Source: Bdellovibrionales bacterium RIFOXYD12_FULL_39_22 (GTDB lineage: Bacteria > Bdellovibrionota > Bacteriovoracia > Bacteriovoracales > Bacteriovoracaceae). From it: a DNA stretch of 64,000 nucleotides. The notes under the pieces are model-generated. The model had not been told where the DNA came from. It did no database searches and was given only the letters and a program-made list of their open reading frames with translations. A program made the position numbers and the translations under genes. Where the stretch lies: the NCBI GenBank assembly GCA_001770205.1, contig MEQL01000057.1, positions 1-64,000 on the forward strand. Direction: 5' to 3'. The number at the start of each line of letters is the position of its first letter. Within the stretch, counting starts at the first letter, position 1. This document shows, in pieces, positions 48,091-57,729 of the stretch.

Positions 48091-49740
48091 ATGATGCTAT
48101 TTAATAAAAAAACAGTGTTATATCTTTTCACAGCACTATTTTTATTTTCAATTCTTGAAGCACAAGTGTCTGTTCCCAAAAGTACTAAATGGGTAATTAA
48201 AAAAACAGAATGGTCTATTGCCGATGAAAAGCTTTTTCAAGAATTTGTCAGAGGAATTGGCGAGGCCAAAAAGGCAGGTAAATGCTCAACCACCTTTGGA
48301 TGCTTAACCAACAAAGATGCTAATAAGTTATTTTACTACAAAAACCCAAAAAAATTCACCTCAATTGGGGTTGACTGCGGAAGACTTCCACACATCCTTC
48401 GCGCCTATTTTGCTTGGATGAATGACCTTCCTTTTGCTTATTCCTCTGAACTTCGCAAAGCATATGCGAATGATCCCTCAAAAGATATTCGCTATACTGC
48501 TAACGGAAACACCATCACCTCCATGGGATTTGCCAAAACCGGGGATGATGCCATGACAGTTTTTGCCAGAGCATTAGGCCAAAATACGGCCAGATTTAGA
48601 ATTCATCCTGAAAATGATTTCTCCGAATTTTACTCACCTGAAATATCCCTACAAGGAATTAGGCCAGGCACTATTGTTTACGACCCCTCCGGACATGTTC
48701 TTGTTGTATACAAAATTGAAGCGGGAGTGATTAGAATGATTGATGCACACCCAGATAATTCGCTTTCTGCTCCAACCTACGATACAAAATTTGGCAGATC
48801 ACGTCCGGCGGCCGGAGCTGGTTTCAAAAATTGGCGGCCAATTAAATTAGTTGGCGCGACATACGATGAGGCCAGTGGTGGCTATGTAGGAGGTTCTGTT
48901 GTTACCGTGCCCAATCGAAATATTTCTGATTTTGGATTAGAACAATACTATGGTACAACTACCAACCTCTCTGATCCCCAAAAGGATAGTAAGTGGAAAA
49001 ATGGCAAATTTATAATCGAAGAGCGTCAACTAGATTACTACGACTATGTAAGCGCTAAACTAGGAGGCGGAAACGTCATGCCAGTATCCCGTTTTCAAAA
49101 TATGATGCTTGATCTATGCAGCGACCTATCGTATCGCGCAGAATCGGTAGATGCCGCCTTTTCTCATCAAATTAATCAAAAAGAACATCCTAGTAGGCTT
49201 CCACAAAACATTTATGGAACCGATGGTGAATGGGAATCCTACTCTACGCCATCTCGCGACGCAAGATTTCGAACAGGAATTTTATATGTTCGTGATTCTG
49301 TCAAACAGTTCATTGAAAAATTCCGCGCCCGAGATGAAAAAATACGCTATACCGGAAACGATTTGGTGGGAGATCTTTTAAACGTATACAACCAAGTCGC
49401 AAACGATATCCAAAGTTGCTCAATTAATTATCGTAACTCCAATAATGAAAATGTGGTATTAACACTCGATCAAGTTATTGAAAGAGCATTCCGTCTCTCT
49501 TTTGATCCTTACCATTGTATTGAACTGCGCTGGGGAGCTGAAGGCCAAGAACTCGCATCCTGCTCAGACGGCGCAGAGAAAATGGACTGGTATGATGCTG
49601 AACAAAACTTACGAAATACACTAACCAGAGATTATCAAAATTTTAATATGAACAAAACAGTTGATGAACTGGCCACCTCTCAACTTGGCCAAGAAAATGC
49701 GCCAGAAATCAGCATAAAGAAAATGCTAGAGGAAATATAA
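48091..49740 (+). CDS. Secreted protein with putative papain-like Cys-His-Asp triad
   Basis: Signal peptide; DCGRLPHILRAYFAW, GHVLVV, IDAHPDNS. Confidence 0.7.
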   Translation: MMLFNKKTVLYLFTALFLFSILEAQVSVPKSTKWVIKKTEWSIADEKLFQEFVRGIGEAKKAGKCSTTFGCLTNKDANKLFYYKNPKKFTSIGVDCGRLPHILRAYFAWMNDLPFAYSSELRKAYANDPSKDIRYTANGNTITSMGFAKTGDDAMTVFARALGQNTARFRIHPENDFSEFYSPEISLQGIRPGTIVYDPSGHVLVVYKIEAGVIRMIDAHPDNSLSAPTYDTKFGRSRPAAGAGFKNWRPIKLVGATYDEASGGYVGGSVVTVPNRNISDFGLEQYYGTTTNLSDPQKDSKWKNGKFIIEERQLDYYDYVSAKLGGGNVMPVSRFQNMMLDLCSDLSYRAESVDAAFSHQINQKEHPSRLPQNIYGTDGEWESYSTPSRDARFRTGILYVRDSVKQFIEKFRARDEKIRYTGNDLVGDLLNVYNQVANDIQSCSINYRNSNNENVVLTLDQVIERAFRLSFDPYHCIELRWGAEGQELASCSDGAEKMDWYDAEQNLRNTLTRDYQNFNMNKTVDELATSQLGQENAPEISIKKMLEEI

Positions 49741-49755
49741 AATAAATATCCAACC

Positions 49756-50649
49756 ATGAAAACCTTAATAAAAAAATATAGCTACTTCTTAAAACTATCT
49801 TTGCTGGTACTACTTTTAACATTTACCAACGAAGGCCAAGGCCAACTTCCTGATGATGAAAAAAACTATGTGTCCAACACTGATGTTGGCATGGGGAAAT
49901 ATCTAACCAAATCCCTTAAAAAAACACGGAAAGTTGTTTTAACTTTTGATGATGGCCCCCATGAAAAAATTACAGAACAAGTCTTAGATATACTCTATCG
50001 CTATAATGCTCCTGCGACTTTTTTTGTTCTGGGAAAAAAAATTACCCCTGAAACAACACCACTCCTTGAACGAATTGTAAGAGATGGCCACACCCTGGCA
50101 TCCCACGGATATGGCCACGACGAGGCAAATAAACAAACCGAAATCACTTTTAAAAACGAACTATATAACTCTTTCCGACAAATTGATGATATTTACGGTA
50201 ATAATAGCAGGGCCTCTTATTACCGCTTTCCTTACGGCGCTTATGGTTTCTCCCCAGACTATCACCATCTAAATGCTCTGCGCGAAATTTCCCATAAATT
50301 GTATCAACAAAATTGTATCAACTTCGTCTTTTGGGACATCGACTCCCAAGATTGGTCTCCCCTTCTTTCCGCAGATCAAAACGCACAAAATATTATTTCA
50401 AATATTGATGGCGGGACGTATTACAATCCCAAAAAAACTACTAATTTCTATGGTAAAAGGGAGTGGATTATCGAAAAGTATCCCATTAAAAATCCAATCG
50501 GCGGTGGAATTGTTCTAATGCACGACATCCGATCAAAAACAGTCGAAATACTCGAACTTTTCTTGGACTATGCGGCCCGAAATAACATAGAAATCATTCC
50601 ACTTGATGATATGAAAGAAGCAAACGAGTATCACCGTTTTTGTAAATAA
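49756..50649 (+). CDS. Secreted polysaccharide/peptidoglycan deacetylase (NodB/CE4)
   Basis: TFDDGP, HGYGH, RFPYG, DSQDW, LMHD. Confidence 0.92.
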   Translation: MKTLIKKYSYFLKLSLLVLLLTFTNEGQGQLPDDEKNYVSNTDVGMGKYLTKSLKKTRKVVLTFDDGPHEKITEQVLDILYRYNAPATFFVLGKKITPETTPLLERIVRDGHTLASHGYGHDEANKQTEITFKNELYNSFRQIDDIYGNNSRASYYRFPYGAYGFSPDYHHLNALREISHKLYQQNCINFVFWDIDSQDWSPLLSADQNAQNIISNIDGGTYYNPKKTTNFYGKREWIIEKYPIKNPIGGGIVLMHDIRSKTVEILELFLDYAARNNIEIIPLDDMKEANEYHRFCK

Positions 50650-50826
50650 CCGCACATCATTGAACAACCTTTATGCAGCAGAAATTATTATCCTAAAAGA
50701 ATTACACCCTCTCTATTTCTCTTTTTAAATTTCAGCTACCATCTGAGTAACAATTAACCGGGCCAGGAACTCAAGTGATAAATAATAAACACACCAGTTC
50801 TGGGGCCACATCATCAAGGAGATATT

Positions 50827-51207
50827 ATGAAAACAAAATCAATCTTATTCGTAATTGTGCTTTTAACAGTGAGCTCTTTTGTCACAGCATCAGTGATTCC
50901 CGACCTTCAAAATATTAATAGCATGGATTGCCAAGCTAAAGAATTGGGAGATTTTTCACTTCGTGATCTCAAACACGCTAAAAATGCAACTATAGAATTA
51001 AAAGCTGACTCTCCGCGACGACTAATAGCTATCAAGGCCCAAGCTGATAAAATTGAATTTACAATGTACCCCTACGCCATGGTTCTAGAATTATATACAA
51101 AAGTTATGAAATCATCCACCGATGGATCTCGTTATACACAGTATGAAGGGACGCTGTATGTGAATGATGTGCCAGATAGTATTTCCTGTCAGGATTTGAC
51201 AAAATAA
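50827..51207 (+). CDS. Small secreted hypothetical protein
   Basis: AAGGAG RBS, signal peptide, two Cys. Confidence 0.75.
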   Translation: MKTKSILFVIVLLTVSSFVTASVIPDLQNINSMDCQAKELGDFSLRDLKHAKNATIELKADSPRRLIAIKAQADKIEFTMYPYAMVLELYTKVMKSSTDGSRYTQYEGTLYVNDVPDSISCQDLTK

Positions 51208-51341
51208 AATTTTCTATCATGCATATATATTTCTTTCACCTTCATCTGATTTAGGGCCATTACTTGGCCCTTGCCAATTTTGCCCCCACTAGCAAACCAA
51301 AAAAAAACTGCTAAACTATTTATGTTAAGTAGGGGGGATTT

Positions 51342-53954
51342 ATGTACCATCATGCCATCGCATCACTCATAGTAATAGTTACCTTTTTTACTCTGTTTTC
51401 TAGCTGTCAAAAAGTGACCGAACTAAGCAAAACAGGAACCTCAATTAATACCCCAGATATCGGCCTTGATCACAGTAAGCTATCTCAAAAATGTAGCTCT
51501 TGCCACGAGAGTAAACGGCCGGCAAATCACCCTAAAAATTTAGAGTGTGGAAACTGTCACGTTCCAGGTTATGATAAATGGCAAAATCCCCACAAACCAA
51601 CTCCTACCAGTTGCACTGCTTGTCATGAAAATTTTAGGCCACCAGCACCACACACTACAAAAGGTGATTGTAAAAATTGTCATCTCATAAAGTCACCTAC
51701 TAACAAGGCCTTCATCTTTGTTCATGATCCAAATACCGTCGCCCCATCTTCTTGCAACGGCTGCCACGAAGCGAAACGGCCAACAGAATTAGTTGGAAGT
51801 TTTTTACATTCACAAATTGGTAGTAAAGATTGTGTAAACTGCCACCTGCGCCCGGGAATTTCTTGGGCAGATGGAGAATATTTGCACGATCCAAAACCAA
51901 CCAACTGTGCCATCTGTCATCGTTCAGATCAACCAACTACTCAAGTTGGCAATTTTCTTCACTCTATTGAGGAAGATAGTGATTGCGCTAAATGCCACCT
52001 GCAACCAGGAGTTAATTGGGAAAGCGCAACCTATTCTCACAACCCAAAACCTAACACCTGTTCCCTCTGCCATGAGAGTAAGCGGCCAATCGAAATTGTT
52101 GAAAATTTCTTACATTCAGAGTCAGGGAAAGGAGATTGTATTTCATGTCATCTGCAACCAGGAGTTACTTGGAAAGATGGCAAATTCGATCATTCCAATC
52201 AACCGGCATCTTGCTCTGTCTGCCACGAATCCAAACGCCCTGTTCAAATGGTTAATAATTTTCTGCACAGTGAGGCCGGCATCGGCGATTGTATCGAATG
52301 CCATAAAAATCCGGGAGTATCTTGGTCTGGTGGAGCATATGCGCACTCCCCTTCCCCCAATGCATGTTCTATATGTCACAGCTCTAGAATTCCTTTGGAG
52401 ATAATAAATTTCTTCTCTCATATCACGGCCACCTCTCAGATAGATTGCAAGTTTTGTCATACCCAACCAGGAATTACTTGGGAGGGAGGAGATTACTCTC
52501 ATGCGGCACCAACTCCCTCCTGTACTCTGTGTCATAATAACAACACATTTTTAGATCCAGAAACTGTCTCCTGTAATCGATGTCACTCTGTAGGAATAAA
52601 CCCTCTGGCAACTAGAGGAAGCAGTACTGGCCTAGTGGCAATTCCCACCACTACCGGGGCATCTAGCGCCGGTGCTCATAATCTTCACGCACGCCTATAC
52701 GGTTACCCTTGCTCTGCTTGTCACCACGGTGGCATGCCACAAAGTCCGATCATAGAGGACTATCGTCTTCAAATGGGTTTTGATCTCTTTGGTTTTTCTG
52801 GAGCAGGCAGCATTTACAATGGCCAAAAACTTAATTCTCCTTATAGCTACCAAGGAACTAACGGCACAACTATCGGATCGGGAACTGCTACTACTTGTGG
52901 AAATTTATACTGTCACAGCAGTGGCGTGGCCGTTGCTAAAAGCTATCTCAATCCCTCTGTCTATACCGGGCCGAATCAAACATCTCCCACTTGGGACGGC
53001 AAAACAAGTTGTACCTCTTGTCACGACTATGGCCCCTCCTATCCTAACAGATCGCCAAAGGCCAATTCTCACGCTCGTCACCTCGGACTATTCTCTAACC
53101 CCCATACTCCTAACAGTGATCCTAACCCATGCCATATTTGTCATTACACAACTACTACCGATGGTAAAACAATTACCAATAAAGCAAATCACGTTAATCG
53201 AAAATATGATGTTGTTCCTAATACCAACGTAACTTTTCACCAAAATAGCAATACGGCCTACCCTGTTACATTCACCTATAGCTATGATCCAGGCGGCGGA
53301 AGTTGTTCCAATATTTCTTGCCACACAAATCTAATCAGCAAGACACATGCCTGGGGCCTCCCTCAAACTGTCACCCAATCACTTTACTATACGGCCGGAA
53401 ATAGTTGTGGAGATGTTATCCTTCACGAAGGTGCCTCCGGTGGCGTTCCCCCTTATACTTACCATATAGATTGGGAAAGTGATGGCGTCATAGATCATGT
53501 AGGGCCTAATATACTCATCACTCACACCTACAACGATACCTCGGCCGGCAAAACGATTACTTCATTTGCCAGAGATGCCAATGCTTCTAAATCGGGTATC
53601 CGCACCACTACGGTTAGCTTTACCACTACCACCAATGTTTTACCGACAGTTTCTATTTCTCTTTCTATCGTGGGCCAAACGGTGACAATTACTGATCAAT
53701 CATTTGATCCTGATTATAATGCATGTGGACACCATGAAAATCCACCTACGAACTATAGTCATGCGATAATTGATTGGGGGCCAGGATCATATATTCACTA
53801 TCCGTTTAATCAACCGCTGACAAATACTCCGGCCGGCCAGCAATTTAGCTTCGTTTATCCTGGCCCTGGAAAATATCTAATTTATTACGGAGTATATGAT
53901 AACGTTATTAGCTATCCAGAGTTTCATGACCCCATCTCTGTAACTATAGAATAA
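51342..53954 (+). CDS. Multiheme c-type cytochrome lipoprotein (19 CxxCH + 2 CxxxxCH) with PKD/Ig-like tail
   Basis: Motifs counted in the translation; lipobox-like FSSC; GGVPPYTY..DW..DG and IDWG PKD-like segments. Confidence 0.92.
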   Translation: MYHHAIASLIVIVTFFTLFSSCQKVTELSKTGTSINTPDIGLDHSKLSQKCSSCHESKRPANHPKNLECGNCHVPGYDKWQNPHKPTPTSCTACHENFRPPAPHTTKGDCKNCHLIKSPTNKAFIFVHDPNTVAPSSCNGCHEAKRPTELVGSFLHSQIGSKDCVNCHLRPGISWADGEYLHDPKPTNCAICHRSDQPTTQVGNFLHSIEEDSDCAKCHLQPGVNWESATYSHNPKPNTCSLCHESKRPIEIVENFLHSESGKGDCISCHLQPGVTWKDGKFDHSNQPASCSVCHESKRPVQMVNNFLHSEAGIGDCIECHKNPGVSWSGGAYAHSPSPNACSICHSSRIPLEIINFFSHITATSQIDCKFCHTQPGITWEGGDYSHAAPTPSCTLCHNNNTFLDPETVSCNRCHSVGINPLATRGSSTGLVAIPTTTGASSAGAHNLHARLYGYPCSACHHGGMPQSPIIEDYRLQMGFDLFGFSGAGSIYNGQKLNSPYSYQGTNGTTIGSGTATTCGNLYCHSSGVAVAKSYLNPSVYTGPNQTSPTWDGKTSCTSCHDYGPSYPNRSPKANSHARHLGLFSNPHTPNSDPNPCHICHYTTTTDGKTITNKANHVNRKYDVVPNTNVTFHQNSNTAYPVTFTYSYDPGGGSCSNISCHTNLISKTHAWGLPQTVTQSLYYTAGNSCGDVILHEGASGGVPPYTYHIDWESDGVIDHVGPNILITHTYNDTSAGKTITSFARDANASKSGIRTTTVSFTTTTNVLPTVSISLSIVGQTVTITDQSFDPDYNACGHHENPPTNYSHAIIDWGPGSYIHYPFNQPLTNTPAGQQFSFVYPGPGKYLIYYGVYDNVISYPEFHDPISVTIE
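51753..52520 (+). repeat. Five tandem ~153-bp (51-aa) diheme units inside the cytochrome
   Basis: Unit CxxCH-ESKRP...FLHS...D-CxxCH-xxPGxxW...H repeated from CNGCH up to CTLCH. Confidence 0.9.
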
Positions 53955-53977
53955 TTCAGATAGTAGCATAAATTATT

Positions 53978-54000
53978 GGCACCTCTTCTTTGGGTGCTTT
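53978..54000 (+). terminator. Weak putative terminator after the cytochrome gene
   Basis: GGCACCT-N7-GGGTGCT stem with short T tail. Confidence 0.35.
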
Positions 54001-54121
54001 ATCGGCCTGTATACAGACAAACACCTAAGCAGCTGACATTACAAAGTACTCAAATTCTCTGGTAGATATTAATTTGGCCTACGCGATTTTGTAATATCAT
54101 TGAAACATGCGGAGGTTTTTT

Positions 54122-55324
54122 ATGAAATCAATCAAGCTGATTTTGTTTTTTCTTTTAGTTATTTTTGTTGGATGTAAAAGCGAATTTAAAGATGGCCTGA
54201 CCGATGATACCAATAAATCGAAAATAGAAGATGATGGAACAGAAAGTGATGGGCCAAGTGGAAGTGAACTTGAAGGCCTCTCCGCTAAATACCCACACGA
54301 TGCGGGCATAGAAAATGACCCCGATGTAATTTTGGCGGAAAACTTTGATAACGGATCCTTAGATACTCTGCTTGAAAAATGGACCATCGTGAAAAACAAA
54401 GCAGGAATGAGTCTCGTTGCTGATGGCCCGGCCAACAGCGCAAATTCAAAATCCATTCAAATGACCCGACTTGGTGGAGACAACACCGGAGGAGATGTGC
54501 GAAAAAGACTTGATCAGATCGGCCAAGAAAACCACAATGAACTATATTTGAGATATTATATAAAAATGGCCGCTCCGGTGTTAGGACAAAAACGAGACAG
54601 CTCAAACAATCTGTACACCAGTTACCTTTCAGGATCACACCATCATACCGGTGGAGGCCTGTCCGGTGAAAATCACAACTGCCCATGGGGAACTGGAAGG
54701 GCCGGAATTCGACCTACTGGTGGCTCTTTTACTCCGGCCTGCCCCTCAGATCCAAACGCTCCTATTTACGACAATCGATTTTCTGTTCGTCTGGAATTAA
54801 GAACAGATGATAATCTAGACAAGTATGATTTCCGCAATGACATTCTTGAATTTTATAATTACTGGATGGGAATGCACCATAACGCTTCCACTCCAGAATA
54901 TTACGGAAACAGCTTCGTCGGAGATTATAATTTGAAATTTCAAAGAGAGGAGTGGGTGTGTATTGAGATTATGGTTAAACTCAATAATCCTGTTAGCGAG
55001 AAAAACGGAGAACTAAAGCTTTGGGTTGATGGCAAATTTATTATGCATAGAAAAGAGGGATTCCCTGACGGAAAATGGTTACATAGTGCATTTTTACCCT
55101 TTGGCAGTTCTGCCTATGACTGGAATCAGGCCAATTGGCCCTATTCCATGAATCAGGTTCAAGTCCTTCCTTTTGAAGGATTTCAGTGGCGAGATAGTGA
55201 AGTTCTAAAACTTAATATGGTCTCCCTGGCCTATTACGTCACCAAAGACACCATCGGAAATGCTTGGGTTCGGTACGACAATGTCGTGGTTAGTAAGCGA
55301 TACATTGGCCCAATTGCCCCATAG
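54122..55324 (+). CDS. Lipoprotein with concanavalin/polysaccharide-lyase-like domain
   Basis: Lipobox FVGC; ENFD, LYLRYY, WVCIEIMVKLN..GELKLWVDG, YDNVVVS..YIGP; GGAGG RBS before ATG 54122. Confidence 0.72.
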   Translation: MKSIKLILFFLLVIFVGCKSEFKDGLTDDTNKSKIEDDGTESDGPSGSELEGLSAKYPHDAGIENDPDVILAENFDNGSLDTLLEKWTIVKNKAGMSLVADGPANSANSKSIQMTRLGGDNTGGDVRKRLDQIGQENHNELYLRYYIKMAAPVLGQKRDSSNNLYTSYLSGSHHHTGGGLSGENHNCPWGTGRAGIRPTGGSFTPACPSDPNAPIYDNRFSVRLELRTDDNLDKYDFRNDILEFYNYWMGMHHNASTPEYYGNSFVGDYNLKFQREEWVCIEIMVKLNNPVSEKNGELKLWVDGKFIMHRKEGFPDGKWLHSAFLPFGSSAYDWNQANWPYSMNQVQVLPFEGFQWRDSEVLKLNMVSLAYYVTKDTIGNAWVRYDNVVVSKRYIGPIAP

Positions 55325-55410
55325 TATTTTTGCTAAAATGCCGCCAGAAGTATATAGTAAATCACGACCAAAATACCTAGAAACAAACATAAAATTTTGA
55401 AGAGGGTGAA

Positions 55411-56100
55411 ATGAAAAAATTCTATTTCCTATATCAATTTATTGGCCCGATTATTTTTGTTCCTGTTGCATATTTTCTTTGGCTAGATTATTTTAATGGC
55501 AACAACAATCTGGCAATTCTGGTTCTCGTCATTCCAATTATAACTTCATACGTAATCCCTGGAATTGGAACAAACATTACCAAATATTGGGAGTTCAACA
55601 CGAAGTTTAAAATAGGCGGGTTTCGTCCTCATCACGGTTTTGTTTTCGGATCTGCCCTTAGCACCCTTTCATGGCTTTGTACTTATAAAATTCCAACCTT
55701 TAACCTCTTTGAGATTATCCGCTCGGCATTTTTAACTGGCATGGCAATAGCACTGATTAACTGGATCTATGACCTATACATGATTGCAACTGGGTTTGTC
55801 ATAATACACAATCGCTCTAATTTCCTCGGAAGGGACCCTGCAACTATATCACTGGAATATGCACCAACCTATTTTGGACTTTTTGGTGCGGTATATTCCA
55901 TTATAATCCGCCTTACTGAATTTTTTTTGGTGACCAATTATACGCCATTAAAATATTGGTTAATTTTTACAGCAGGACTTTTTGCCACTATGATCATCCC
56001 AATAGGAACATTTTCAGCATACAATTATCTTCGCTTCGGCCATAGCGGATGGCTTCCGGTTAGATCAGAGAAGGATCTAACCGAAAGATATAAAGTCTAA
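55411..56100 (+). CDS. Multi-pass membrane protein of unknown function
   Basis: About 6 TMs; WEFN...RPHHGFVFGS motif. Confidence 0.8.
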   Translation: MKKFYFLYQFIGPIIFVPVAYFLWLDYFNGNNNLAILVLVIPIITSYVIPGIGTNITKYWEFNTKFKIGGFRPHHGFVFGSALSTLSWLCTYKIPTFNLFEIIRSAFLTGMAIALINWIYDLYMIATGFVIIHNRSNFLGRDPATISLEYAPTYFGLFGAVYSIIIRLTEFFLVTNYTPLKYWLIFTAGLFATMIIPIGTFSAYNYLRFGHSGWLPVRSEKDLTERYKV

Positions 56101-57593
56101 TTCCACAATTGATTAAACGGAGTGCCAACAGTTGTGCCACTCCATGCCTGAGAGAATATCCTAAGTTTTGTTGCCAGTTCTTCACCATTTTTCAGTCCGG
56201 GAAAGTAATTTTCATATACATCTTTGTTCCATGAAGTTGCCCTGCCCCAGAAATAGTTACGATATTCAACGCCATGTTTGTCAGATGGTTTTACCTTCCA
56301 ATCGGTGAATACCATCTGCTTCCCATTTTCCCAATTTGTTGACATAAGATCTTTCAAATTTTTTGGCGGCTTGGTAAAGAAGGCAGGAAGATTTACAACA
56401 ACAGTCTCTTGGGTAATTGCGCTTTTTATTTCTGTTGGGCCCTGAACCATTGCCTCTATCGTTTTAAGATTGCTTTCAACAATTCTTTCCCAAGGAGAGA
56501 TTTTTCCTGGATTTAAAAAAGCAAACTCATTTGCTGGACGATCCTTAATCTCATCCCAGGTCAAACGAAGCTGATAGACAGATTCCATAAGATGGGCATA
56601 GGCACGCTCCATCCAATATGCCCCATTAGGAAGACGCTCGAAAAGTTTTTTATATTTTTTAGCAACCTTTACTCGATCAAACTCACTTACTCCATCAACC
56701 TTGAAGAAAGCGCTTCCATCAATACCATAAAGCATGCCGAGATCAGTAATATATTCAAAAAGATCTTCCAACTCATAAGCACTGGCCTGTGCTAGAAAAA
56801 ACATTCCCTGCTGAATACCATACAGTGCAGCATGACGATCTGCCTCGCTCATCAATTTATATCTATCCAGATCATCCACGAATGATTCAGTTCCAAACAC
56901 CATCACATTATCCCAGGCAACCGCCTCTCCTTCCAACGACATTGCGGCCAACCTGTTTGCGGCAGTATCCAACATGGGATAAAGCTCTCCTATTAGATAT
57001 TTCTGAAACTCTCTAGCATTTTTTATTCTAGGAACGAGTGCTCCATTCTCTGATATAAATGGTTGGGTGACATATGCAAACGCAGCATCCATATGCTTGG
57101 TGTTTTTACCGTTCTCGGGAAAAAATATTCGCAACCTTGTCGCAAGATCCTTAACAAACGTAACGGAATAACTATGTGTTACTGTGTGTTTCTTCAAAAG
57201 TTCATACATTCTCCATGTAATCCCACGCATTGCCCTAATAGGCAAAAGCTGTGCAGCAATAAATTTTAAATCCTTTGGATATGAGTCATAATTTTTATCC
57301 AATTTATCCAAAAGATCGGCCAACGTCTTGGGAGTTTCCACACCCAAGAATGCCTTCTGAAACTTTACATACTCATCACTCATTGGAGGTTGACCTGTGA
57401 CCTGAGAAATCTTTCTACTTGCTTTCCGACTTAACGCCTGCTTAATAAGTTCCGGCATCTGCTCCTTCTTTATCCACGGATAGTTGGTACTAATAAGCTC
57501 GGGCCCCTGATAAGAAGTTGCTGCTGCAAAACCATGAGCTGCCAATAATAAACATGTAACGATTGCAAATAACCAAGTTGTTTTAATTTTCAT
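56097..57593 (-). CDS. Secreted hypothetical protein
   Basis: GAGGTG RBS, signal peptide AHGFA, 498-aa helical protein. Confidence 0.8.
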   Translation of the reverse strand: MKIKTTWLFAIVTCLLLAAHGFAAATSYQGPELISTNYPWIKKEQMPELIKQALSRKASRKISQVTGQPPMSDEYVKFQKAFLGVETPKTLADLLDKLDKNYDSYPKDLKFIAAQLLPIRAMRGITWRMYELLKKHTVTHSYSVTFVKDLATRLRIFFPENGKNTKHMDAAFAYVTQPFISENGALVPRIKNAREFQKYLIGELYPMLDTAANRLAAMSLEGEAVAWDNVMVFGTESFVDDLDRYKLMSEADRHAALYGIQQGMFFLAQASAYELEDLFEYITDLGMLYGIDGSAFFKVDGVSEFDRVKVAKKYKKLFERLPNGAYWMERAYAHLMESVYQLRLTWDEIKDRPANEFAFLNPGKISPWERIVESNLKTIEAMVQGPTEIKSAITQETVVVNLPAFFTKPPKNLKDLMSTNWENGKQMVFTDWKVKPSDKHGVEYRNYFWGRATSWNKDVYENYFPGLKNGEELATKLRIFSQAWSGTTVGTPFNQLWN

Positions 57594-57729
57594 AAATAGT
57601 CACCTCGGAAAAAAAATAGTAATATTTGACAATATCTTGAACTACAAATGATATAAGAATTGTAGTAAATAACTTATAAAGATACAAGTTTGGTTATTTT
57701 TTTCCACCACTAACATGAAAGTATAAAAT

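Noticed and set aside
51187..51271. TGTCA-N5-TGACA palindrome and AGGGCCA/TGGCCCT hairpin
   Set aside because: The first lies inside a CDS end; the second lacks a U-tract and is explainable by GGCC abundance
51871..53232. Alternative-frame ORFs of 177 and 150 aa inside the cytochrome gene
   Set aside because: By-products of the repetitive coding sequence; no RBS or motifs
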